Shown: positions 24,516-35,314 of the stretch, in pieces | Layout: every line of letters begins with the position of its first letter | Numbering within the stretch: the first letter of the stretch is position 1 | From: Camelus dromedarius | Taxonomy: Eukaryota | Direction of reading: 5' to 3' | Length of the DNA stretch: 64,000 nucleotides | Assembly: GCF_036321535.1 (NCBI RefSeq) | Contig: NC_087437.1 | Location: forward strand, 86,368,001 to 86,432,000 | Notes under the pieces: model-generated | Seen by the model: only the letters and a program-made list of their open reading frames with translations | Database searches by the model: none | Told to the model about the DNA's origin: nothing | Translations under genes and position numbers: made by a program

Positions 24516-27500
24516 TAATGGAGGTGCTGGGAATTGAACCCAGGATCTTGTGTCTGGTAAACACATGCTCCACTACTGAGCTATACTCTCCCCTACTTAA
24601 AACATTTTTTGGTGTGGGAAGGTAATTAAGTTTATTTATTTATCTTAATGGAGATACAGAGGATTGAACCCAGGACCTCATGCATGCTAAACATGTGCTC
24701 TACCACTGAGCTATACCCTCGCCCCTAGATTTGTTGAATTTCCTTCTGGTGAGTACTTTAAAGTATGACTGCTCTGAGATTTGAGCATAGGAGAATATAT
24801 AAGACAGAAAGAAAAGCTGTTCAAAGAGCAAACGGAAAATTCACAATAATCCTAAACACCACAATCCAGAATTCTCTTCTAGGAAGAAGGACAAAAGACT
24901 GAGGCTCCATTTGTGTGTTTCTTGCCTGCATTAAAAAAATATTTTTCTTTTGTTTTGTTCTGCCTAGGTTATACAGATCATTGAGAAAGAGAACTAAAAT
25001 CTTTAGTATCACACAGAGATGGCTTTGAGATATTAGTAAGATTGTAATAATTCCTTCTGATGCATCTAAGGAGTCCTTTGATCCTGCTTCTATTTTCTTG
25101 TTTAAACAGAGACTGTATCCAATGGTGAGGCTTGGCAAATGAATGTGTCCTTGAATATTCGCCCATCAGCGGGCACTGGTGTTATGTTGGCCTTGGTTTC
25201 TGATAACACAGTGCCCTTTGCCTTGTCCTTGGTGGACTCCACCTCTGAAAATTTTCAGGTAACTTTACTCTACACCTTTAAATATGGTATGATCTGATCT
25301 TATCTGATATGATATGATCCTTATTTTTAAATTTTTTTCTTTGCTTTTATCTGTAAAATGGATAGAATGGTGGTATTTATCCATGCTCTTTTGAAGATTA
25401 AATGAAATAACTTATATAAAATATATGGCACAATCTCTAGCACATCATTAAAGACTCAAAAAATGTTCATTATTATTACTTTTTTGCTGCCTTATTTCCA
25501 AGATTTGAACCAAGAAGTAAGGGGGGAATATGGGAAAGTCTCTTGCTTCTATAGCTAAGGTTAGGCAGCTTCACACATGGCCTGCTTGGAGCCTTCTCTC
25601 AGTGCACAGAGACCCACCCTTACTCCAAGTCTTTGAAGTGTCATGGGAGTTTGTACTAACAAAATAGAAGTGAGTCAGACTGCAGTCCACTCTGAAATAT
25701 TCAGTTCCTAATTATAATATTTTGTGTTTTCTGGCACTCTTAATCATTTCTCCCCTAAGTAAATTAAGAAAGACTAGAGAAACCTAAAACCAATCCACTT
25801 GGTTTCTTTCTGGAAACTCTTTTTTGAAATTAGGAAGAAGAACAGGAAAAACTCTTCAATAAAAGGAAACATGAGATTTATTGGAAGATCTGTATTATTC
25901 AACCTTCTATTAGAGGCTAATAATTCTGTCCATGTGTCATCCACAGTGGGTTCCAACAAGTTACAGCAAGAAGCTTGCGTTTGTGCCAAGGGTGGCTCAG
26001 ATGCTCTCTGTAGCTTTTAGAAAGACACGTATAACTGACTGATGCCTGTAGTAATAAAAAGGAGTGCTGATTGCAGCTTAAAGGATGGATGGGGGCAGTT
26101 TCTGGTGGTTAACTGTAAGCAACCTAAAAAGATTCTGCTGAGTTTTTATCTCCGGTTGACCACAGGACATTACTATGTTTGGATTTCAGCTTTTTGTTTG
26201 CTTCTTTTTTTCTTTTTCTTTTTTAAACAAAATGGAAATCCTACCTTCAACACTACATTCATGCAGTAGAGGAGGTTAACGCCTGCCATATCTTTGAAGT
26301 TTATTTTATCTTTTCTGTGTTTGTCTTCATGGCTTTTTTTTTTTTTTTTTTGCATATCAAGTTGCCATCTCAAGGCCTATGTAAAACATTTCATAACATT
26401 ACTCTTCATGCTATTGATCATTCTAGAACATTTTCTCAGCTGCCCATCTTTAAGACTTTTAATAAGTTTAGAATATGGATATGTGTAACACAGTAACAGA
26501 TTTCCTCAAATAACCTGTAGTTGGAAAGTATGGACTTCATTTAACGTGGGTGTCTTGGATTCCTAAGTAAACATTTCAAACTATTTTTCTACTATCTGGT
26601 CATAACACTCGTCTCCCTGGGTTTGGTTTTATTTTCTCTGTCTTTTTACTTTTCCTCTACACACATGTAAGCTATATGCGTAGGTCACTTTCAGCAATTT
26701 GAGTTGTGTAGTGTATCAGCAGTTTAAAAGTTCAGAAAATGTATTTTCTTTTTTGAGAATCTTCTGGTAAATAACTCTGTAGCTTACTGCTGGCGATCCT
26801 AGTTTTTCTCTCTCAGAGACTTCACTCAGTTTGTTCCAAGTCTACAGGATTGCTTGTGTGGCACAAATAAACCTTTCAGTCTTGCTGGCATGTGCTTACT
26901 AAAGCACTTGAAATTTTCCAAGTCTTTTCTCCAACAAAGAGTGATTCAACTCCTTACTTTTTCATATGTAAATATTGAAATTAGGAAGGCTCATAAGCAG
27001 AAATATATTGCTTAAGACACTATGTAAGGTTCCCATTGTTGGTGAGACAACTCGATGTACTGAATTTTCAAAACCTGCTATACATTTGTATCTCAGCTAA
27101 ACTTGGAGTTTGTAAAACTAATATATATTCTAAAATTATGATTATTATAATAACAAGTAGTTTTTTCATTAAACTTGAAGGCTCTATTGTACTTTTTCCC
27201 CCCTAATTGAAATTCAGTTTTTGAATTTTGGAAACTAAAAAGGCACTGTTAAGTGGCATTACCATTAGTACTCACTAATATTGAGTCTTTGCTCTGTTCT
27301 TCAGGATATCCTGGTATCTGTTGAAAATACGGTAATAGCTCGGCTAGAGGCCTTAAGTCTGTGTTCCAGTCAACAATTCTATCTGGAAATCAGAGTCAAT
27401 AGAAACAACTTGGAGATGTTGACTGAACTTAAAAAAAGTAGCATCTACTCTGAAGATTTTCAAGGACAATTTGCCATCTTGGACAAAGCAATGCAAGGAA

Positions 27501-30500
27501 CATTGGCCACTTACTTGGGTGGGCTTCCAGGTATCTGCTTACTTTTTCTTCAGTTTTAAAAAGTGTGTTTTTAATGAAATTGATAGTATTTTAAATATGT
27601 AATTGTGGTAAAACCACAGCTGTATGTCTATATATATATATATATGCATAGCATATAAATTGTAGTAAACGGGCATCAGAAGGAAGTCAGAATCCCAACA
27701 TCCATTATTCTTTTTCTGAGGGCTTGCGTGGACATTTTATTGGTGCATTTTTATTTATTTATTTTTTAATAGTGAACTGTAACTAACCAAATTTTGCAGC
27801 ATTTGATGATCCTATACAGAAAGGATTTATTATATCATTTTATCCTCACAATTATCTTGTGAGTTTAATATTTATTCTTCAATCCAACCATTACTCAGTC
27901 AATATTTATTAAGAACCTGTGTCCCAGGCAGCAGGGACATAGTAATAAACAAATGATATGATGTCTGCTGTTTAGGCTTTTACAATCCAGTGGCAGGGGC
28001 AAATATTAAACAAGTGATTAGGAAAATATCCAAAAAATTAAAATTGTCATAATTTCCATGAAGGAAAAGTGAGGGTTGCTTTTAGATCCTGAAATTAGAA
28101 ACTTGGTCTGGTTGTGGGAGCCAGGAACAAACTCTCTGAAGAGAGGCTAAGATACAAATCTGATCTTTGAAAGATTAAATGAATTTAACCAGGCGATGAG
28201 GGTGGGGATTGGAGCATGTATGTAAGTAAAATTGTCCATGTGTGTGCCAAGTGAAAGGGAGTTGACATGCTTGAGGAATATATAGATCAGTGTGGTATGG
28301 TGAGAGCGTATTGAGCAAGAGGGATGGTAGTGCAAAAGGAGGCTGGGAAGTTGGTGAATGGGTGGCAGGTTTGTTGACCTGGTTCAGGGTCCTGCGTCTT
28401 ATAAGAGTCATGAGAATCATTAAAAAGTTTTAGACAAGGAACTGATATATCAATAATGCAGTTAAAAAATCCCCCTGCATGGTGGACATAGATGGCCAGG
28501 TGGGAAGAACAAGTGAATGGGCTGAGCTGGGGGCTACTGAAGTAGTTCAGATGAGCAAGCAGTAATGATAACAGTAGTGAAAACTATACTGCCATCAGTT
28601 AGTGCATGATACACAGTCTGGGCATGGTTCAGAGTGCGCCAAATGTATCAACTCATTTAAAACAGTCCTGTGAGGTAGGTACTGTTGTTATCTCCATTTT
28701 ACAGGTGAGGAAGCTGTGGTTGCTGCTGGACTAAGGCTGGCAGTGGAGATAGTATACAATGAATAGGCTGGAGATACATGTGAGAAACAAAGAATCTCTT
28801 GAGTATTTGGCATGAGCAGTTGCATGGGTGAAGATTCCATTTACCAGGATGGGAAAATCGAAGGAAAAATAGGTTATCTTTAACTTAATATTGGAAAATA
28901 TGAAATGGGCATCAGCATTGTACTTTACATGGCAAAAAAGTGGAGGCAGAAAGTTCTTCAGAAGTATTTTCAAATACCATTTACATGTCATTCTCATGGG
29001 GAGAATTCTGAATTTGATGTCTAGACTTCTGGTAACTTTCATTAAATTACTTTAACTACTCAGTGTATTCATTTCCTCTATATGGAAATTTCATCTGGGT
29101 TTTGGGGGAATAGAATTAAATTGGCTATAAAAGTTATAAATAGATCATAGATAGATATAGTTACGTTAACGTGGTTAATTTCGAGGAAGTATAATTATGG
29201 TTCAAATGAATGAATTCTACATTAAAATTCCCTTACTACCTGATTCACACATTAGTTGAATGCAGTTTTAGAAAATGAAACAAGTAATGAAGGAGTTCAA
29301 AAGAAGTAAAAGTATCAAAAGTTCAGTGGTTCCAGGAATTTGGCAATAGCACTGAAGACTGACTTCAGGCAAGGTGTATTTAGAAAAAAGAGTGAGGGAA
29401 ACTTGAGGATAACTGAAAATGGAGGCATTGAGAGAGTGAACAATGGGATGAGTAACATTAATTTATATGCAAAATAGGTATGTTAAATTGTATGTTATGA
29501 ATTAAAAATCTGGGAAAATTGATGATTCTGAGGATATTTATAATAGCAGATATTTATAATATTCTATGATACTCAGCTAGACTTGAAAGGGTTTCTTAAA
29601 AATGCTATGAGCCCATAGAAATGTATGGACTTTATTCAGTGTGTTGGCAAGTTAGAAGTAGAAAATTTGAAGTATACATTTTTTGCATAAGGTAATAAGG
29701 AGGAAGAATAAGGACTCAAGAATATCCATTGGGAATTCAGATTCATGGAGATGAGATGCCAAAAAAAGAGGACACAAGTAGAGAGATGGATGTTTTGAAA
29801 ATGAACCATAGAGGTGTTGCCTAAGTATTATGTTTGATAAGGAGAGTGAAAGTGTAGAAAGGCCCAAAGGCACTAAACTATTCATTGAAGCATTATTAAA
29901 ATTGTTGTTTTTTAGAACACCAAACATTACATAAAAGTGAATTCCCTATCATGACCTGCCATTGTGTGCTCAGCAAGACGCTATTTTTTTGGAAAACATA
30001 GAAATCTGCTTTTGTTCTAGCAATAACAAAAGAGATATATTTATCGTGGCATTTAAAGATTTCCAAGTAGCTATAATTTTGAGTTGAAAACAATGACTTA
30101 ATAATGCTTAAACTGTTGGTCAGATTTAAAGAGAAAATAATAAAGTAGAACATTACTAGTAAGAATATGCTATTTTCTACTCCTTTTAAAGTATGTTTAT
30201 CTGAGGTTTGGGTGGAACTGTTTATGAAATCAGAGGAGCTCATGATATGGTGAATTCAGTGCTGAGCACAATACCTTACATATACAGGAGTCACTTAATA
30301 TGAATTTATTGAATGGAATTGCATTGTTAACTTTTCCTTTAAAATTAGAATTTGGTTGGAAATGAGAAGTCTGAATAATTCCTCTAACTGTAAGCAAATA
30401 AGATACTAAAAGTCTTGGGCTAATATTTTAATATTTTGTTTTTACAGATGTCCCATTCAGTGCCACACCAGTGAATGCCTTTTATAATGGCTGCATGGAA

Positions 30501-30608
30501 GTGAACATTAATGGTGTGCAGTTGGATCTGGATGAAGCCATTTCTAAACATAATGATATTAGAGCTCACTCATGTCCATCAGTTTGGAAAAACACAAAAA
30601 ATACTTAA
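3793..30608 (+). CDS. PROS1: Protein S, 5'-partial CDS: join(3793..3879,5688..5810,5907..6038,8970..9095,11230..11351,12948..13063,15859..16048,20842..21009,22310..22478,25110..25258,27305..27530,30448..30608)
   Basis: 12 AG/GT-bounded exons with compatible phases; total 1769 nt = 2 + 589 codons including stop. Translation gives TSR, four EGF domains and two LG domains, ending [13 protein letters not shown]. Confidence 0.98.
5350..5624 (-). mobile_element. Young 5'-truncated L1 3' end with 12-bp TSD
   Basis: Poly-T head and ttattgaggtatagtcagtttacaatgttgtgtc; TSD GGGCATATAATT at 5338-5349 and 5625-5636. Confidence 0.88.
5688..5810 (+). CDS. PROS1: PROS1 exon 5 (EGF1)
   Basis: ccttcag|CC ATT CCA GAT CAG TGT...TTT G|gtacgt; 123 bp; [40 protein letters not shown]. 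Confidence 0.97.
5907..6038 (+). CDS. PROS1: PROS1 exon 6 (Ca-binding EGF2)
   Basis: ttttag|AT ATA AAT GAA TGC...AAA G|gtaaga; 132 bp; follows a 96-bp intron; [44 protein letters not shown]. Confidence 0.97.
6890..7020 (+). repeat. CT-rich low-complexity tract
   Basis: ttcc/cctt/ctct runs. Confidence 0.8.
7885..8065 (-). mobile_element. Old L1 (L1MC-like) 3' end
   Basis: agatttacatgcagttgt..ccatgtaccatttaccc..tattgacactgatacagtcaagatacag. Confidence 0.7.
8970..9095 (+). CDS. PROS1: PROS1 exon 7 (EGF3)
   Basis: tttacag|AT...CAA G|gtagag; 126 bp; [42 protein letters not shown]. Confidence 0.97.
9865..10085 (-). mobile_element. Old L1 (L1MB-like) 3' end
   Basis: ttgtggcaaaatatat..gtacaattcagtggcattaattacattcac. 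Confidence 0.7.
11230..11351 (+). CDS. PROS1: PROS1 exon 8 (EGF4)
   Basis: cccaag|AT...GAG|gtaatg; 122 bp; [41 protein letters not shown]. Confidence 0.97.
12146..12199 (+). repeat. Compound (TA)n(TG)n(TA)n microsatellite
   Basis: About 15 TG units flanked by TA runs. Confidence 0.92.
12948..13063 (+). CDS. PROS1: PROS1 exon 9 (start of SHBG-like region)
   Basis: ttgccag|GCT...ACC AG|gtgagg; 116 bp; [38 protein letters not shown]. Confidence 0.97.
15859..16048 (+). CDS. PROS1: PROS1 exon 10 (LG1)
   Basis: gcttag|A TTT TCA...AAT ATG|gtatgt; 190 bp; [21 protein letters not shown]...NNGLWNM. Confidence 0.97.
18299..19056 (-). mobile_element. LINE-2 3' fragment
   Basis: tcattcattcaacaaaatatctattgagcac tail followed by a typical purine-rich antisense L2 body. 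Confidence 0.75.
20842..21009 (+). CDS. PROS1: PROS1 exon 11 (LG1)
   Basis: ttgtag|GTC...CCG|gtaatg; 168 bp; [26 protein letters not shown]...LIRP. Confidence 0.97.
22310..22478 (+). CDS. PROS1: PROS1 exon 12
   Basis: tgttag|ATT AAC CCT CGT...TAT A|gtaagt; 169 bp; [56 protein letters not shown]. Confidence 0.97.
22980..23130 (-). mobile_element. L1 3'-end fragment (next to older L1 sequence at about 22700-22975)
   Basis: ttattgaaatatagtcagttta..tttctggtgtacagcata..cattataggttactacaagatgttgaatatag. Confidence 0.75.
24037..24121 (+). repeat. Perfect tandem duplication, 43-bp period
   Basis: GTGACTCCTGTGGAAAACAGTGATAGTAGAGGTCTGTAGAGA at 24037-24078 and 24080-24121. Confidence 0.95.
24394..24725 (-). 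mobile_element. Two tandem tRNA-derived SINEs (camelid Vic-1-like) with internal (TTTG)n(TTTA)n
   Basis: Each has attgaacccagga (B box) and actgagctata (A box) antisense plus aggtaatta; flanked by TAGATTTG at 24386 and 24726. Confidence 0.85.
25110..25258 (+). CDS. PROS1: PROS1 exon 13 (LG2)
   Basis: aaacag|AG ACT GTA...CAG|gtaact; 149 bp; (K)[49 protein letters not shown]. Confidence 0.95.
25345..25478 (+). mobile_element. MIR fragment
   Basis: atctgtaaaatgga..gaagattaaatgaaataa..gcacatcattaaagactcaaaaaatgtt. Confidence 0.7.
27305..27530 (+). CDS. PROS1: PROS1 exon 14 (LG2)
   Basis: cttcag|GAT...CCA G|gtatct; 226 bp; [21 protein letters not shown]...ATYLGGLP. Confidence 0.97.
27880..28900 (-). 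mobile_element. LINE-2 fragment with an embedded MIR (about 28590-28715)
   Basis: L2-like aatatttattaagaacctgtgtcccaggca; MIR core cctgtgaggtaggtactgttgttatctccattttacaggtgaggaa. Confidence 0.65.
30448..30608 (+). CDS. PROS1: PROS1 exon 15, coding part to stop
   Basis: tttacag|AT GTC CCA...ACT TAA; 161 bp; [53 protein letters not shown]. Confidence 0.97.
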
Positions 30609-31017
30609 GGCATCTTTTTTCTGCTGATACTATCTTTTTCCTGTGTGTAATTATGCTTGTGTTTCAATAATAGCTGAAGGGTTTTACCTGCAATGTGCAG
30701 ACCTGGATAATTTTGTGGTACTTTAACCTCCCTGGAATTTTAAAAAGATCCTTTTTCAAGAAAACAAGATTCTCTTGTGGTGTAAATCACATTAAAGTTT
30801 TTTTTTTTTACCTCTGTTGCTGTCTAGAAATTAAATAATGAAACAAAAATTTTAATTTGAATTTTTTGTTACAAATGAGATTTCATTTTTATGTTTGTTA
30901 AAGTAAGATTTAATTTGATCATCATGAACTAGTGTTTAAATATTTATTTTTCTGGTAAGGCAGGGAAGTTAAAGCCTTGTTGGAACCCAAACAAAAGTGC
31001 ATTTGACTAAATAATGT

Positions 31018-31566
31018 TGTTACTAGCCCTCTCAGGTCAGCCCCCAACAAGAGTCCTTTTTCCTGGTGTCGTCCATGCCAGTAGAATGACATCATTTCGG
31101 TTCAGAAGCAAAGGAAATCTTTATTCTTAGATCAGAGAATGGAGCGGTGTGAGCACACGCTCTCCCGCTCCCCGCCGCCACCCCATGACAGGCTGTGGGC
31201 GGGTGTCCTCAGCAGGGCGGGGCCAGAGTTCTCGCGGGACAGGGCCGGAGTTCTCGCGGGATGGGCACAGCCATGCTGCTCATGCCCCGGACTGCAGCGC
31301 AGCGGCTCAGGCCCGTCGTGGCCATTTTGAATGGCAGGGTCCTGACCAGCAGCTTCTGCACAGCCCGCTGAGCTGAGGTGTTGGGCGCTGCCGTTTCACA
31401 CGAGGAACTCTGGTCTGAAGGGCCAGGTTCAAGACCTCTGCATGCAGCGCCCTGTGAGCAAGTGAAACTAGACTAAGCACAAAGGAAAAAAAAGGTTAGA
31501 CTTTATTTTATTACTCAGATTCTGTTTTTATTTCCTGGGAATTGCTGTTGGGCTTTGCCGGTGACA
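31018..31566 (-). mobile_element. Probable solo ERV LTR inside the PROS1 3' UTR
   Basis: TG...CA termini; near-TSD ATGT/CTGT; minus-strand AATAAA at 31120-31125; GC/CpG-rich core in an AT-rich UTR. Confidence 0.65.
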
Positions 31567-32248
31567 CTGTTGATCACAGCAGATGCTGTTGGTTTTCATT
31601 TTTTTCTCATGATGGCAGAAGAGACAGTGGCCTATTAAGCATGAATCGAGTGGAAGGCTTTAAAGCTTTATTCCAGAACAATCCTTCAGGGCGACCAGCT
31701 TTGACTATCTTTTTTTCACCTGGTTTAGCATTTGAACCAGTAGCTTTACTGAAGTGGGACAGATTTTCATGAGAGCAGCACATGGATCTTGCTGGTTAGT
31801 AATTGGATTCTATGAGGTTGGGAGACTGGATTGTGTTAGAAAGGGTATAGAAACCTGGGATGGGTACATTCCGTAAATTTGGCTGTGTGGGTCACACAAG
31901 TGACCATTTAGAAAAAGCAAAACCTAATGATGGAAAGAATGAATGAGAGGATAAATAATGTGGAAGCTCATAATTTTTCTTGAATCCAACTTTAATTACC
32001 AGAGTAAGTTGCCAGAATGTTACTGCTGAAGGACAAAAGGAACTGTGAAAACTAGAATAGATTTTAATAAAAGGATAACCACAGAGGGACATAGTTAATG
32101 TTGTGCTTTTGTAATGCTGTGTCTTTGAAGTAAGGAGGTAAGATTGCTTTGTACTTGCTGGTAATGCATTTCAAGTGGCAGTTTTCTCCCTCTTAAGCCT
32201 ACTATGCACATTAGGAATGTATCAGATGCTTCACTGACAGCTTTGGAA

Positions 32249-32254
32249 AATAAA
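32249..32254 (+). terminator. Candidate distal polyadenylation signal AATAAA
   Basis: Canonical hexamer near the end of the probable 3' UTR; usage cannot be shown from sequence. Confidence 0.45.
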
Positions 32255-34987
32255 CTTTTTCCACTATAGATATTTTACATCATGTGAGACGTAATTAATT
32301 GATGATATTTTGACAACTTATATGAATAATATCTGTATTCTATCAAGTCTTTGAACAGAACATAAAATTATATAACTAACATACATGCAACTCTATATGC
32401 TGCGCAGTAGTTCTTTAGAAAAGACAGATAACGGAAATATTTGATCAGTAGTTACGGTTGAGTTGTAGCCTGAAGCTCAGAAAGTAAAGAAAAGCAAAAG
32501 TAACATGTATTGAGTGTTGACACATCCCAGAAATTGTGTTAAATCAACTTACTGAATGTAACTTCTCTCCTGGTTATCAGCATGTACTGTGTGGGTGACA
32601 AATTACAACAAGGAACTACTGATAATTACATTGCTGTAAAAAAAGCAAGGGAGTAGTAAAACTGAAAGTATATGAAAAGAAAAAAAGAAGAAAGGGAAAA
32701 AGAAATTTTCTTTAGGGAGAAGTTCTCTGATTTTCATTTAATTGCGTCCAAATACAAGGACAGTTATAGGAATCAATTTCACATTTCCCATCAAAAACAG
32801 AAACCTTTCAACATGCGGTGATCTTTATAGGGGCTCCAAGAGGCTTATTTATGAATTTCATCTGTCTTTTGAGATGCACTTCAGTATGGCTTAAAAGGAG
32901 AGGGTCTAGATCTGTGGCTAGGAGTCTTTTACTTGCTCTTTGATTTTGAACTTGGCCAAGAAATACAGATTCCTACTTTTAAAGTGTGATAGGGAACAAT
33001 GGTTTCATGAAGACCAAGTAGGGTATTTGGAGTTATTTGAGCTTTGTGTCATGAAAGAAAAATCTAAGTGACAAGTTTGTTACAGATTCCTCTAGACACT
33101 CCCACTTGCAGAGATGGATTACAGATTAGTGAAAAGCATGGTTAATTTGTGAGAACAGAGTTATTTACTTCATTTTCCTGTTGGAAATTATAATTCAAGT
33201 CTCAGTCCCCTTATGTGAGGCTTATGAAGTATTTCCAATTTTCTTTTCATTCTGGAACTGATACTATTGGTGAAGAGAGGACCTTTCTTCTATGTTTGTT
33301 TAATAATTGCCTTATTTCTTTTGGAAATCCCTTAGGCCTTTAATCTATATGGTCAATACAGAGAAAGACTGGGATGTTTGAAATAATTTCACTTCAGATT
33401 TCCAGATATTGCTATTAATAATATAAGTTTGAAAGAAGACAGGTTCTCTAGAACCTCTTGGAACAAGTGTGATAAATTTCTAACTCATTCAGCAACAAAT
33501 ATTCATTGAGCACCTACTCTGTGCATGTGGAGTCAAAGGTAGTAAGTCTGAAGACCTAAGTTCAACTGAATAGGAAGTGGCAGTACTCAGTTAGGCCCAT
33601 GGTAGACTCCAGACTCCTCCTGTTCTTTAGAGTTTCAAAGTTGGTCCTTTTAGGCTGTCCTAAGAAATTGAAGCAATAAAACTTAATCATTGCTTCTATA
33701 TAGGAGTAGTTTGTTTCTTACAAATGAGACTGGTTTGACTGTGATCTTGAACGTGCATTACTTGTTATACCAGGCTTCAAGCTTTCACAGAGAACTTACA
33801 TTTGAAAATTGGATTTTCTCCTGCAGAAGAGGCATTGGTCAGAGGTTCACCCAGTGATGTGCTTAGGTCCAGACCCAGTCCACGGCTGTCTTGTGTTCAT
33901 GTTTACCGAGTGTGAAAGTGAGGGGCAGTTACCTGGGTCGGCATCCTATGAGGCTTTCTGGTGCACATTAATATAAACAGTGCAAAGCCAGATTACCAAA
34001 TCGGACTGAAACGATATGTGAAGCTAAGAGCGTCAGAAATAGATGGAGATCAAGTGTTGGGAGGTTTGGAACAAGTAGCAGAGCCTTGAGGCTGGTAGGA
34101 ATTTCCTGAGCCACAGTCAACTGCTTCTTTAATGCTTTGGACCTGCCATGTTATAGCAATAACTTTGTGGATCAGAATAGAATCCAGTGAACTTGTAAAC
34201 TCATTTTTTGCTCACCTACTTCTCACAAGAAGCCCTCTCCATAAATAACCCTAATTCTATGAAAGAAATAATATAATAAAACTTGTATTTTACTAGTGCA
34301 AAATCCTCTTCCATGCTAGTTTCAAATGGTGGAATCTGAAATCTCTTCTATAACTAGTCTTCAGGTAGAAAAACCACTTGTTTGACTCTGATCTTATTTG
34401 AGGAGAAGAGAGATTGGGCCAATATCTAACTGACATAGGAAGGGTCTAACATTATCTGGAGTTCCCAAATAATAAATAAATATAAAAAACAGTAAATTAT
34501 TTTATATAAATATAAATAATACATATAAAAATTTAATTAAACAAAGCCATATTGAACACTGAGGCTGAAGCTGGAGCCTTCAGAGATAGAGTATTTTCAT
34601 GAGCCAACCTGGCAGGTACAAGGTAGCCACAGAAGCTAGGAGCTGGCTGTTCTGGAAAGTAGGCACAGTCTTAGCTTTCTTTTTCCATGTAGCAACTTGC
34701 CAAGCTGAGATTCAAACCCAGGATACCTGGCTCAAGAGTCCATGGCCAAGTTTAAAAGTCTTTACTGCCCCTACAATCTTACTAGTTATCACATCATTTA
34801 GTAAATGTTATATTGTTGGAGTGAACAAATTCTCTCTGCAGCTCTATGTATAACCTGCTGTGACACTGAGTCTTAGTTGATCAACTTATGATATCAACAG
34901 TGTTATCAACTTAATGGTTTTGAAGACAAATTCATATTATTTAATTCGATTAGGCAAATTCTGATAATGACTCTGAAAACTTACATG

Positions 34988-35314
34988 CAGTGGGCCCTCT
35001 GTATCTGCAAGTTTTGTATCTGTAGATGCAACAAACCATGGAACAAACATATTCAGAAAAAAATAATTCCAGAAAGCTCCAAAAAGCAAAACTTCAAAAT
35101 TTGCCACACATTGGCAACTATTTATATGGTATTTACATTGTATTAGGTATTACAAGTAGTCTAGAGGTGATTTTAAGTCTATGGGAGTATGTGCATATGT
35201 TATATGCAAATACTGTGCCATTCTTTTATATATGGGACTTGAGCATCCTCAGATTTTGGAATCTATGGGAGAGGCTCTTGGAACCAATCCTCTTTGGATA
35301 CCAAGGAACTACTG
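34988..35314. mobile_element. Tigger-family MITE (Tigger3a/MER7-like)
   Basis: CAGT...ACTG termini followed by TA; internal atttacattgtattaggtatta..ctagaggtgatt..gacttgagcatcc. Confidence 0.8.

Larger units (their letters stand above)
30609..32390 (+). other. PROS1: Probable PROS1 3' UTR (end approximate)
   Basis: Follows the stop. ATTAAA at 30791 and 30830; AATAAA at 32066 and 32249. Sequence around 32060-32390 resembles my recollection of the distal human PROS1 3' UTR. Confidence 0.6.

Noticed and set aside
3793..30608. PROS1 pseudogene (PROS2P-like) or the paralog GAS6
   Set aside because: No stops or frameshifts and canonical splice sites in all 12 exons; TSR and C-terminal sequences are protein S-specific. 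Exons 1-3 are outside the window, so full integrity is unproven.
31139..31376. Separate GC-rich gene or host CpG-island promoter
   Set aside because: The short ORFs have no recognisable domain; the block is small and bounded by LTR-like termini.
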